From assembly GCA_041550515.1 (NCBI GenBank), contig JBFEOQ010000001.1, positions 50,998-114,997 of the forward strand: a DNA stretch of 64,000 bases. The letters run 5' to 3'. Both the position numbers and the translations under genes were made by a program. Shown here piece after piece: positions 18,681 through 28,177 of this stretch (position 1 is the first letter of the stretch; each line of letters starts with the position of its first letter). The DNA is from Thermoplasmatota archaeon. GTDB taxonomy: Archaea; Thermoplasmatota; E2; DHVEG-1. Below the pieces are notes generated by a model that did not search any database, was not told where the DNA came from, and saw only the letters and a program-made list of their open reading frames with translations.

Positions 18681-20831
18681 TTGACAAAAAAAATTATAGT
18701 TTTTATAAATTTATCTATATTAATTATTTTTGCTTTTACCAATATAAATATATCCGCACCAATACCTGGTCAAATTTATGAAGAGAATTCATCAATTATT
18801 TATCGAAATGTAACAGTATATGCTCCTGCTGTAGCAAGTACTGATCAAGGTTATATTGGTGTTATGTCTACTATTACAGTTACTATACAGAGTAATGGAA
18901 GTGGTAAGGTTTTTGTTGATACACTTCCTTTGACACAAGTTGATATGCAAGGTTCTGCACGTCTTGCAGTAAAAGTTGCTAGTGCTCTAGTAAAAAATGA
19001 TGCTAATTGTAGTATTAATCCTGGTTCTTTTGATTATTTTTTTGTTGTTCGTACTAATTCACCAGTTATTGGAGGACCAAGTGCTGGAGGTATTATGACT
19101 GTTGCAACAATTGCTCTTCTTGAGAATTGGTCTTTAGATGAATATACCATCATGACAGGCATGATTAATCCAGATGGAAGTATAGGTCCCATTGGTGGTA
19201 TTCCATACAAAGTTGATGCAGCAAATAACGTTGGTGCAAAACGTTTTTTAATTCCAAAAGGTCAATCAACTTATCTTGAAACAATACAAGAAATTACAAC
19301 AAATAACGGCTGGACTCAAACACAGATTAGAACTGTTACAAGAAGTATTGAAGATTATATAAAAAACAAAGGGTATAGTATAGAAATAGTTGAAGTAGAA
19401 GATATTAATCAAGCAGTGAAAAATTTTACAGGATATAATTTTTCACCTTTTGTATCTGAGGGAGAAATCAAAAATGATGAATATAACACTGCATTTATGA
19501 CTCTTTCAAATTCTTTACTATTAAAATCTCAAGAACTCTATACCTCATCAAGTGATTTATTTAATAATTCACGTTCTAATATCCCAAATAAAATTTGGGA
19601 TTGGAACCGATTCACTTGGATTTATCATCGTAGTGATATAGAAAATGAACTAGATAGTGTAAAATTTTTAATTGAAGAATCAAAAACATGGTTTAATCGT
19701 GAAATGTACTATACTAGCACAACTAAATCATTTTTATCTCTAATTAAATCTCGTTATGTTCAATTTGTATGTAATTATTTTAGTACACCTGAAGAATATA
19801 GACCTACTTATGTCGAAAATCTTATTGATGAAATAAACCTATTTTGTCATGGAAAAAATACTGAGGCAAGAAATATTGGAATAAACGGTTTTGTATCTTT
19901 GCAGTGTGTGGGTGGTGCACAGAAACGTGCATCTGAGGCAGATGATTATTTAACAAATGCTTATAATAGTTATAAAAATGGCGAATATCTATCTTGTTTA
20001 GATTATCTTGCAAAAGCAAAAGAACGAAGTGAGAGTGTCGGTTGGTGGCTTAATATAACAAGATATTTTAATGAATCAAGTACCATTAAAACGTCTGATA
20101 TAAATACTATTGCTCTTGAATATATTGAAGAAGCTCAGCAAGCGATAACATATTCAAGTATTATAATAGATGAAATGAATTCTAATTCTAACTACCTTTA
20201 TGATGCCCAAAACATGCTAGAGAAAGCAAGAACTGAAAGAAAAAATGGTTACCCCGCAGCAGCACTTTTTGAAGCACTAGACGCAATAACAAAAGCAAAT
20301 CTTGAAATAGAAACAATAGGTATTAGCAGCAAAGATGACTATAAGGAGAAAATTGATAGAATTAATATTAGTACGTATTCAAATATATTAAAAAGTGTAG
20401 GTTATGGCATTAAACCTGTTCTACCAGTTTGTTATTATGAATATGCTGAAAGCCTTCTTGATGAAGAGGATCTTACAACATCGCTTTTTTATTATCGCTT
20501 TAGTGGTATGATCGCTGGTGCTCTTAGTTTTACTAACGTTAGCAAAGGAACTATTTCTTCAAGATATGAAGGGGTTCCTAAAATAAATTTACCAATTCAA
20601 ATTACAAATATTTTTTCACGATTAGGTACAATATTAATAGTTTTTATTTTAGGTGGAATTATGGGATTATGCCTTGGTTTGTTAATAGCTTTATTGTTAA
20701 ACAATAAACCAACAAAAAATGTTGTTATAAACAAAAAAGAAAAAGGAAATTATAAAAGTTACAAGGGCTATAGATATCCAAATAATGAGATTCCAAGGAG
20801 TATAAGGGATTATTACAGAAAAAACAAATAA
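18681..20831 (+). CDS. secreted, C-terminally membrane-anchored Lon-type (S16) protease domain protein without an AAA+ module
   Basis: Signal peptide. Lon proteolytic domain with Ser (GGPSAGG, Ser134) and Lys (GGIPYK, Lys177). About 430 aa helical region, a C-terminal TM (ILIVFILGGIMGLCLGLLIALLL) and a basic tail. Many N-x-S/T sequons. Confidence 0.6.
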   Translation: MTKKIIVFINLSILIIFAFTNINISAPIPGQIYEENSSIIYRNVTVYAPAVASTDQGYIGVMSTITVTIQSNGSGKVFVDTLPLTQVDMQGSARLAVKVASALVKNDANCSINPGSFDYFFVVRTNSPVIGGPSAGGIMTVATIALLENWSLDEYTIMTGMINPDGSIGPIGGIPYKVDAANNVGAKRFLIPKGQSTYLETIQEITTNNGWTQTQIRTVTRSIEDYIKNKGYSIEIVEVEDINQAVKNFTGYNFSPFVSEGEIKNDEYNTAFMTLSNSLLLKSQELYTSSSDLFNNSRSNIPNKIWDWNRFTWIYHRSDIENELDSVKFLIEESKTWFNREMYYTSTTKSFLSLIKSRYVQFVCNYFSTPEEYRPTYVENLIDEINLFCHGKNTEARNIGINGFVSLQCVGGAQKRASEADDYLTNAYNSYKNGEYLSCLDYLAKAKERSESVGWWLNITRYFNESSTIKTSDINTIALEYIEEAQQAITYSSIIIDEMNSNSNYLYDAQNMLEKARTERKNGYPAAALFEALDAITKANLEIETIGISSKDDYKEKIDRINISTYSNILKSVGYGIKPVLPVCYYEYAESLLDEEDLTTSLFYYRFSGMIAGALSFTNVSKGTISSRYEGVPKINLPIQITNIFSRLGTILIVFILGGIMGLCLGLLIALLLNNKPTKNVVINKKEKGNYKSYKGYRYPNNEIPRSIRDYYRKNK

Positions 20832-20861
20832 TACTACATTCAAATATTGATTTAATATAAT

Positions 20862-21896
20862 ATGAAAATAAAAGGCAAATTTATAGATGAAAAAATAATC
20901 ATTGAAAAACCAAAAGATATAGGCAGACTTTATAACAAAAGTCATTTTGGTAATTCCATTAGTGGGAACAAACTTGAACTTGACCTTATTGAAAGCTGCT
21001 ATTTACTTGATGAGGATAAAATTAGTTTAACAAAAGATAAAGAAAAAATCAATTTTGAGGGGCTTATAGATATTACCTCAAGAAAAATTTTAGATTTTGA
21101 TATAAAATATATTGTTTTTAAGGATCTTAAAAACAGAGGGGTTTCAATAAAACTTTTTAATGATCTAAATGGAATTACTTTTAGAGATTTTAAAAAAGAA
21201 TTTTTTATCTGCGTCTTCTCAGAGAGTGACTTTTTTAATATAAAAAAAACGATTAATATTATCTCAAAAGTGACAAAAAAAAATTTTAAACTTTGGTTTG
21301 CAATAGTTGATTTTGAAGGTGATGTTACATATTATGATGTTTCAATTATCAATTTTAAAGGTATTAATAAAAAAGGCAGGTATTTAAAAAACAAAGGATT
21401 GTTATATGAAAATTCAGTTATTATTTTTAATAAAAAACTAAAAGATAATCTGTTCCAAAAAGAATTTTTTGGTAAACCTTTTGGTAGTGGATTACGTCTT
21501 TCTTATGTCGAAAGTTTATATCTTTCAGATGAAAATATATTGGAAATAAAAAATAATGAAGATAGAAATATTTCTCGTGAGGATTTTATTAATAAAATAA
21601 AATTGATGGACCCAGTTTTTAATGAGCGATTTAAGGTATATTATGATTTAAAAAAACGTGGACTTATAACCAAAACTGGTTTTAAATTCGGAACAGATTT
21701 CCGCTGTTACACAAAAAATCCTGATGAAATTCATGCTGAATATTTAGTTCATATTATAGCTGAAAAATTTAAAATAATTTGGTCTGAAATGAGTCGTGCA
21801 ATTAGACTTGCTCATTCTGTGAATAAAGAAATCATTTTTGCTTGTGTTGAAAAAAACAAAATTGAATATATAAAATTTGGTCGTTTAAGACCATAA
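20862..21896 (+). CDS. endA: tRNA-splicing endonuclease, alpha2 two-unit type
   Basis: C-terminal catalytic unit YYDLKKRGLITKTGFKFGTDFRCY...HAEYLVHI, plus a degenerate N-terminal repeat; 344 aa. Confidence 0.8.
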   Translation: MKIKGKFIDEKIIIEKPKDIGRLYNKSHFGNSISGNKLELDLIESCYLLDEDKISLTKDKEKINFEGLIDITSRKILDFDIKYIVFKDLKNRGVSIKLFNDLNGITFRDFKKEFFICVFSESDFFNIKKTINIISKVTKKNFKLWFAIVDFEGDVTYYDVSIINFKGINKKGRYLKNKGLLYENSVIIFNKKLKDNLFQKEFFGKPFGSGLRLSYVESLYLSDENILEIKNNEDRNISREDFINKIKLMDPVFNERFKVYYDLKKRGLITKTGFKFGTDFRCYTKNPDEIHAEYLVHIIAEKFKIIWSEMSRAIRLAHSVNKEIIFACVEKNKIEYIKFGRLRP

Positions 21897-21959
21897 TTTT
21901 TTTATAATATATTTTTGTTTTATGTTATATTTTATTAAATTGGGGAGAAAAAAATTATT

Positions 21960-22598
21960 ATGTTAAAATTACGTTGGCATGGGCATTCTTGTTTTGAAAT
22001 TACTAATCATAAAACAATAGTTACAGATCCGCATGATGGAAAAAGTATTGGAATACCTGCACCAAGTGTTCAAGCAGATATTATAGTTATTTCTCATGAT
22101 CATTATGATCATAACAGTGCAAAAACCGTTAAAAAAAATGATAGTAAAGTTATTACTGATGGTCGTAAGAGTAATATAGACAATGTTGAGATTTATGGAA
22201 TAAATACATTTCATGATGAGGAAGAAGGTGCCAAACGGGGTAAGAATATATTATTCAAATTCATATTAAATAACATCACTTTCTTCCATCTTGGAGATCT
22301 AGGTCATGATCTAGATGATGATACAATATCAAGAATCGGAAATATTGATGTTTTATTTATACCAATTGGTGGAACTTTTACAATTGATGATAAAAAAGCA
22401 TGGAATATTATTAATAAGATCAAACCAAAAATTATTATTCCTATGCATTATAAAATAGGAGGTCTTTCGCTACCAATATCAGGAATTGATACCTTTCTTG
22501 AACAAAATCCTTTTAATCTAATTCATGTAGGTAATGAAATAAATATTGAAAAAGAAGATTTACCTGAAGAACCTGAGGTTTGGGTTTTTACTCTTTAA
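21960..22598 (+). CDS. MBL-fold metal-dependent hydrolase (UPF0173-like)
   Basis: HGHSCF...VISHDHYDH motifs; 212 aa. Confidence 0.7.
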   Translation: MLKLRWHGHSCFEITNHKTIVTDPHDGKSIGIPAPSVQADIIVISHDHYDHNSAKTVKKNDSKVITDGRKSNIDNVEIYGINTFHDEEEGAKRGKNILFKFILNNITFFHLGDLGHDLDDDTISRIGNIDVLFIPIGGTFTIDDKKAWNIINKIKPKIIIPMHYKIGGLSLPISGIDTFLEQNPFNLIHVGNEINIEKEDLPEEPEVWVFTL

Positions 22599-23563
22599 TT
22601 ATCAAATATTTCAATATTTATACAATTAGGTGGTATTTTTCCCTTTAAACCATTAATCATATTTTCTGCAACAATAATTGCCATCTTAGTTCTTGTTTCA
22701 GCTGTTGCAGATGCAGAATGAGGTTGTAAAACAACATTCTCAAGCTTTAAAAGTTCTTTATTTATCTCGGGTTCGTGCTCATAAACATCAAGACCTGCAC
22801 CAAAAATCCAGTTATTTTTTAGAGCTTTTACAAGAGCTTGTTCATCAACTATAGGGCCCCGAGATGTGTTAATTAATATCGTTGTTTTTCCCATCATTTT
22901 TAATTGTCTTTCGCTAATTAAATGATGAGTATCATGTAAATATGGTAAATGCACAGAGATAAAATCCGATTCTTTTAATAATCTATCTAATTCTACTTTT
23001 TTTGCAGATAATTCATCTTCAAGCTTTCGATTTCTTAAATTATCATAATATAAAACATTCATTTTAAATCCCTTACTCTTCAACGCAAAAGCTGTACCAA
23101 TACGACCAGTTCCTATAACACCAAGAGTTTTAGCAGTTATATCTCGACCATGCATAAGCAGCGGTGCCCATCCTTTAAACTTTCCTTGTCTTGTAAATTT
23201 ATCAGCTTCTACAATACGACGGGCCACTGAAAAAAGTAATGCCCAGGCCATCTCTGCTGTAGTATCAGTTAAAACATTTGGTGTATTAGTAACAATTATT
23301 TTTCTTTTTGTAGCTGTTTTAACATCAATATTATCATAACCAACAGCATAATTAGAAATAATCTTAAGTTTTGGTTCTGAGTTTATCACCTCTTTATCAA
23401 TTACATCAGTAAGCAAACAGACGAGGCCATCTTTATTTTTTAATCCTTTTATAATTTCTTGTTTTGATAAAACTCTATCATATGGATTTATCTCTAACTC
23501 ATGATTTCTTTCTAGCAGATTTAAACCTTGTATAGGGATTTTTCTTGTTACAAATATTTTCAT
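22595..23563 (-). CDS. glyoxylate/hydroxypyruvate reductase-like 2-hydroxyacid dehydrogenase
   Basis: GVIGTGRIG NAD-binding motif, catalytic R/E/H region; 322 aa. Confidence 0.7.
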   Translation of the reverse strand: MKIFVTRKIPIQGLNLLERNHELEINPYDRVLSKQEIIKGLKNKDGLVCLLTDVIDKEVINSEPKLKIISNYAVGYDNIDVKTATKRKIIVTNTPNVLTDTTAEMAWALLFSVARRIVEADKFTRQGKFKGWAPLLMHGRDITAKTLGVIGTGRIGTAFALKSKGFKMNVLYYDNLRNRKLEDELSAKKVELDRLLKESDFISVHLPYLHDTHHLISERQLKMMGKTTILINTSRGPIVDEQALVKALKNNWIFGAGLDVYEHEPEINKELLKLENVVLQPHSASATAETRTKMAIIVAENMINGLKGKIPPNCINIEIFDN

Positions 23564-23710
23564 AAAAGATATGAATATTAAAAGGTTTAAAAAAATTTGT
23601 AAAAAACTTTCAAAAATATATATTAAAAAAAATTTTTATATAGAAATTAACTCATTTTTTAATTTGATTTTATATCTTTGCATAAAAGATTGTTTTAGCC
23701 TTATAAAAAG

Positions 23711-24607
23711 TTAACATAGATTACTTACCACATAAATAATAACTTTATTTAAAGATACGTCTAATTTATATTTTTCACCCATTTTAAAAATTACTCCATT
23801 AATGTTATCGATTTCAGTTTTACTATCATTTTGAATGCTCTGAAGCATTGAAGAAAAATTCTCTCTTGTATCAAAAATAACTTCTTTCGTTAAATTGAGA
23901 ACATCCTCGTAAACAAGATTAAAACCGCAGGCATTTGCAACTTGGACAGATTCATAACAAATTTTTTCCATTAATTTTTCTAAAATTGGATTTTTTAAAA
24001 TATAACCATTTTTACATTTAAAAATACAAGTTATCGGATTTATAACTGAGTTTACCACACCTTTAGTCCAAATATCATACATTATATTGGTAGAAACCTT
24101 AGTTTTAATTCCTGATAAATTAAATAAATCAACTAACTTTTGCTCAAAAAAAGAGTTTTTTACCAAAGCTCCAATAGTAGTTTTACCGATACCTGTATGT
24201 ATAATAACACCAGGTTTATAAAAAACAGAACCATGAGTAGTGATACAAACAAATAATTTCTTTTTATCCATTATTTTTTCAATTTTTTCAATATTATCAA
24301 GACCATTTTGTATCGACATAATAAAAGTATTTTTATCTATGATTTTTTTAATTTTTTTTACAGCATTTTCTGTATCATAGGACTTAACTGAGATGATAAC
24401 AAGATCTGGTGAAAACAAAATATCCTCAAAATTTTCAAATGCTGAAATTTTAATATTTTTTTTTGTTTTGCCTTTAATTATAAGACCTTTTTTCTTTATC
24501 TGCTCAATATGATTTTTTCTGCCAATTAAAAAAACATTATTATTTTTAGCAAGTATACCTCCAAATAATGAACCTATTGCACCTGCTCCAAAAATAACTA
24601 TATTCAT
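23711..24607 (-). CDS. 2-dehydropantoate 2-reductase (ApbA/PanE family)
   Basis: N-terminal IFGAGAIGSLFG Rossmann fold; family-typical length. Confidence 0.65.
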   Translation of the reverse strand: MNIVIFGAGAIGSLFGGILAKNNNVFLIGRKNHIEQIKKKGLIIKGKTKKNIKISAFENFEDILFSPDLVIISVKSYDTENAVKKIKKIIDKNTFIMSIQNGLDNIEKIEKIMDKKKLFVCITTHGSVFYKPGVIIHTGIGKTTIGALVKNSFFEQKLVDLFNLSGIKTKVSTNIMYDIWTKGVVNSVINPITCIFKCKNGYILKNPILEKLMEKICYESVQVANACGFNLVYEDVLNLTKEVIFDTRENFSSMLQSIQNDSKTEIDNINGVIFKMGEKYKLDVSLNKVIIYVVSNLC

Positions 24608-24609
24608 AA

Positions 24610-25515
24610 TTACAAATCTATCTCCTTATTTTTCTCTTGGATTAAAGCTTCATCCATAATAATTAAAGGATGTAATATAGGGACTTTAATACAATTTTTT
24701 AATTTTCTGATTTCTTTTAAAATATAAGAATAATCTTCTGACAAAAAATAATCAGTTATAACTGCTTCACAACCATAATCAAGAATAATGTTGTTAATAG
24801 TTTTATAAAAAGAACTTTTCTTACAATAAATTATTTCGAAGTTGTAATACCATTTTTTAGTAAAATTTTTAATATGTTTTATAACTTCTTTTTCTAAAGT
24901 TAAAAAAACTGGAATACAACCTCTACGCATCATGTACCATGTAGCGAGAAATTTATAATCCCTTGATTGAACAAGAGATAGTACTTTTCCTTGGGAACCA
25001 AGAGGTAAACCACCAGGTCCAAAAAATTTTTCAAAAAAGAAAAAAGCTTTATTTTGTCTAATTTCTATAAATAGTTCTATATCTGGACATGTAAGATTTA
25101 CTTTTGCATTTGTTTGTTTTACTATTTCATTACCTAATATTATAGCAACATCTTGACTTGTGTAATTATGAATTCCTTCACGTTTTACTTTTAAAGCAAA
25201 AGAAATATCTTTATTAATTTTATCTTTTATTACTTTAATAACAAATTTTTTCATGGAATCAATATTATTATTTGTTTGAAAACAAGGACTAATTGATTTA
25301 ATCCCAAATATTTTCTTTAAAATCTTAATAGTTTTTTTGATCTTTTTTGTATAAATGAAAAATCTACCGCGGGTTCTATAAATATTAAAGATAATGTTTT
25401 CTTTTTTTAAAATATAATTTATATTATTTCTTAGGATGTTTTCAAATATTTTTCGGGTAAACTTTGCTTTCAGTCCTATTTCACTATATCTGACTATTAT
25501 TAAATTAGGTTTCAC
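24610..25515 (-). CDS. ThiI-like THUMP-domain protein with degenerate PP-loop (probable pseudoenzyme)
   Basis: THUMP N-domain. GGLPLGSQGKVLSLVQSRDYKFLATWYMMRRGC aligns to the ThiI ...VLSLISGGFDS...MRRGC core, but SGGxDS is replaced by QSRDYK. Shorter C-terminus than ThiI. Confidence 0.55.
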   Translation of the reverse strand: MKPNLIIVRYSEIGLKAKFTRKIFENILRNNINYILKKENIIFNIYRTRGRFFIYTKKIKKTIKILKKIFGIKSISPCFQTNNNIDSMKKFVIKVIKDKINKDISFALKVKREGIHNYTSQDVAIILGNEIVKQTNAKVNLTCPDIELFIEIRQNKAFFFFEKFFGPGGLPLGSQGKVLSLVQSRDYKFLATWYMMRRGCIPVFLTLEKEVIKHIKNFTKKWYYNFEIIYCKKSSFYKTINNIILDYGCEAVITDYFLSEDYSYILKEIRKLKNCIKVPILHPLIIMDEALIQEKNKEIDL

Positions 25516-25672
25516 AAAACTTCTAAATCAAACAATATTACATTAATATTGCTAGTAAAATAATATATTTTAATAGAAATATTTATTTATAGAAAATTAA
25601 ATCAATAAATGATAGTCTGAGGTAGATAAAATCGTCAAACGTGAACTCTGGAATACAAGATTTGCTTTTATT

Positions 25673-27112
25673 ATGGCAGCAGTAGGTTCAGCTGTTGGCC
25701 TTGGAAATGTATGGAGGTTTCCTTACGTTTGTTATGAAAATGGAGGGGGTGCTTTTCTTATACCCTACTTTATAGCATTATTTACAGCTGGGATACCATT
25801 AATGATTTTAGAATTTTCTGTGGGTCATTGGGCTAAAAAAGCACCTCCTGAATCTTTTAAAAAAATTAATAAAAAATTAGAATGGTTTGGATGGGCGTCA
25901 ACATTACTGCCTTTTACAGTAGCAATATATTATATTGTAATTATGGCGTGGTGCTTTTCCTATATGATTTATGCAATAGATTTAAGATGGGGTATGCAGG
26001 CAGAATTATTTTTTAATAATTTTCTGGGAGATACAGGAAGTCCAATAATATTTGGGAAAATTGGAATACCAATAATATTAGGTCTTATAGCAGTATGGTT
26101 ATGTATATTTTTAATATTGTACAAAGGTGTTAACAGAATAGGTAAAGTAGTTATTATATCTGTACCGCTTCCTTGGATACTGTTAATATTACTTACCATT
26201 AGAGGAATGACATTACCCGGAGCATTGGAAGGTATCACATACTATCTTACACCAAATTTTTCAAGTTTAGGAAATGTTAATGTTTGGCTTGCAGCATATG
26301 CACAAGTATTTTTTTCAATAGGAGTTGCACAAGGTATTATGATTACCTATGCAAGTTTCTTAAAAAAGAAATCTGATATTAATAATAATGCTTTCATTGT
26401 TGCACTTGCTGATGCTGGAACTTCATTTTTAGCTGGTTTTGCTGTTTTTAGCGTAGTTGGATATCTAGCAATGACCCAAGGTATTGGAATCCAAGCACTA
26501 GCTTCAAATATCGCAGGTCCAAATCTTACATTTGTTACTTATCCAACGGCAATATCTTTATTTCCTTTTGCGGCTGCTTTTTTTGGATTGATATTTTTTG
26601 TAGCGCTTCTAACTTTTGGAATTGATTCAGCGTTTTCAATGATAGAACCAATATCTGCGGCAGTTCATAGTAAGTGGGGAATCTCAAAATTAAAAGTGAC
26701 AGGTATATTTTGTGTAACTGGGCTTATATTTAGTTTAATTTTTGTGTCCGGAAACGGCTTTCACCTTATCGATCTTATTGATCATTTCGTAACTAATTTT
26801 GGTTTGGTATTAATCGGTTTAATAGAGTGTATTATCTTTGGCTGGGCTTATACCATCTCAAAATTAAGAGATCATGCCAACCAGACATCTGATATAAAAA
26901 TTGGTAGATGGTGGGATATTTTAATAAAATACATAATACCCTGTGTATTGATAATAATACTAGTGGTTGCAGTATTTGAAAATATTACTAATCCATATAT
27001 GGATTATCCTTCATGGATTATTATAATAGGAGGAATTCTTCCGATATTGTTATTATTTATTATTTCAATTATATTGATGAAACTTAAAAGCAGAGAAGGA
27101 GATGAAGCTTGA
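25673..27112 (+). CDS. neurotransmitter:sodium symporter (NSS/SNF) family transporter
   Basis: AVGLGNVWRFPY signature. The conserved upstream R-E-x-W is encoded in frame before the first ATG, so the true start is unclear. Confidence 0.85.
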   Translation: MAAVGSAVGLGNVWRFPYVCYENGGGAFLIPYFIALFTAGIPLMILEFSVGHWAKKAPPESFKKINKKLEWFGWASTLLPFTVAIYYIVIMAWCFSYMIYAIDLRWGMQAELFFNNFLGDTGSPIIFGKIGIPIILGLIAVWLCIFLILYKGVNRIGKVVIISVPLPWILLILLTIRGMTLPGALEGITYYLTPNFSSLGNVNVWLAAYAQVFFSIGVAQGIMITYASFLKKKSDINNNAFIVALADAGTSFLAGFAVFSVVGYLAMTQGIGIQALASNIAGPNLTFVTYPTAISLFPFAAAFFGLIFFVALLTFGIDSAFSMIEPISAAVHSKWGISKLKVTGIFCVTGLIFSLIFVSGNGFHLIDLIDHFVTNFGLVLIGLIECIIFGWAYTISKLRDHANQTSDIKIGRWWDILIKYIIPCVLIIILVVAVFENITNPYMDYPSWIIIIGGILPILLLFIISIILMKLKSREGDEA

Positions 27113-27207
27113 TGCTACCTATTTCAGCTATTATCATGTTTATATTTGGCGCTACAATATGTTATGGTGGACTTGCATACTTTATTTTTAGAGCTATTAA
27201 AAAATAA
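27112..27207 (+). CDS. 31-aa single-TM mini-protein overlapping the NSS transporter stop (possible small accessory subunit)
   Basis: MLPISAIIMFIFGATICYGGLAYFIFRAIKK. ATG overlaps the TGA of the transporter by 1 nt. Confidence 0.35.
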   Translation: MLPISAIIMFIFGATICYGGLAYFIFRAIKK

Positions 27208-27276
27208 TTTAATTTTAAGTAAACTACTTTTGTTTAAAAAAATATAACTAAAATATTTCCTTATTAATTATATGAA

Positions 27277-28041
27277 TTAAATATTAGTTAAAATTTCTTT
27301 TTCAAATAACTTTATTTGATATAAATAATTTTTATCTATTTCAAATTCGAAATCATAAAAAATATCTTTTAAAATAAGTTGTGCAGCAGGAGCAACTCCA
27401 AAATCATATCGTTCTTTAGGGTATTTCAAAGCATTAATTATTTCGTTTTGGGTTATTTTCCCCATACCTAATTTCTTGACTGCTGATATAATTCTTCTAA
27501 CTTGATTCCAAAGAAAATTTTTTGCAAAAAAATCTATTATTATAAATTTATTAGATTTTCTAACTAGGATATTATCAATTATACGAACGGGATTCTTGTC
27601 TTTTTCGATTCTTGCAAAATTAGAAAAATCATGTTCACCTGTAAAAAAAGATAATACTTTTATTATTTTTTCGTAATTTAGTTTTATAATATCTAGATAA
27701 TATCTATATTGTCTATAATCAGCATATCTTGGATAAAAATCATCATCCACAATTTTATAACCATAATATAATATTTCCTTATTTTCCTTATTTAAACTGT
27801 TTAAAATTTCACTTGGGAGAAAATTAGTATTAAATGCAATGACACTACCCAAGGATGAAACGCCCTTATCAGTTCTACTAGCTGAACGAAAAACTGATTC
27901 TTCAGGATTTATTATTAATTTATTTTCTGTCAGAGTCTTAATTATTTTATCTTCTACTGTTTTTAATTTTGGTTGTCGTGCATATCCATAGAAATTCTTA
28001 CCATTATATGCAAACTTTAAAGCAACTCTCATCACAATCAT
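27277..28041 (-). CDS. truA: tRNA pseudouridine synthase A
   Basis: MRVALKFAYNGKNFYGYARQP...RTDKGVS motifs. Confidence 0.75.
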   Translation of the reverse strand: MIVMRVALKFAYNGKNFYGYARQPKLKTVEDKIIKTLTENKLIINPEESVFRSASRTDKGVSSLGSVIAFNTNFLPSEILNSLNKENKEILYYGYKIVDDDFYPRYADYRQYRYYLDIIKLNYEKIIKVLSFFTGEHDFSNFARIEKDKNPVRIIDNILVRKSNKFIIIDFFAKNFLWNQVRRIISAVKKLGMGKITQNEIINALKYPKERYDFGVAPAAQLILKDIFYDFEFEIDKNYLYQIKLFEKEILTNI

Positions 28042-28177
28042 ATATAAAAAAATTCTTTAAAAAGATAAAACATATTACTCCTCAATATAATTTCAAGAGA
28101 AAATATTTCATTAACCATCTTTTTAAATCCTATTGGTAATTAATTATTTTTATAACGATAGTAAAAACAAAATATCT

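Noticed and set aside
20697-20945. 82-aa minus-strand ORF bridging the end of the Lon-like gene and the start of endA
   Set aside because: Overlaps two supported + strand genes and their spacer. Hydrophobic low-complexity translation.
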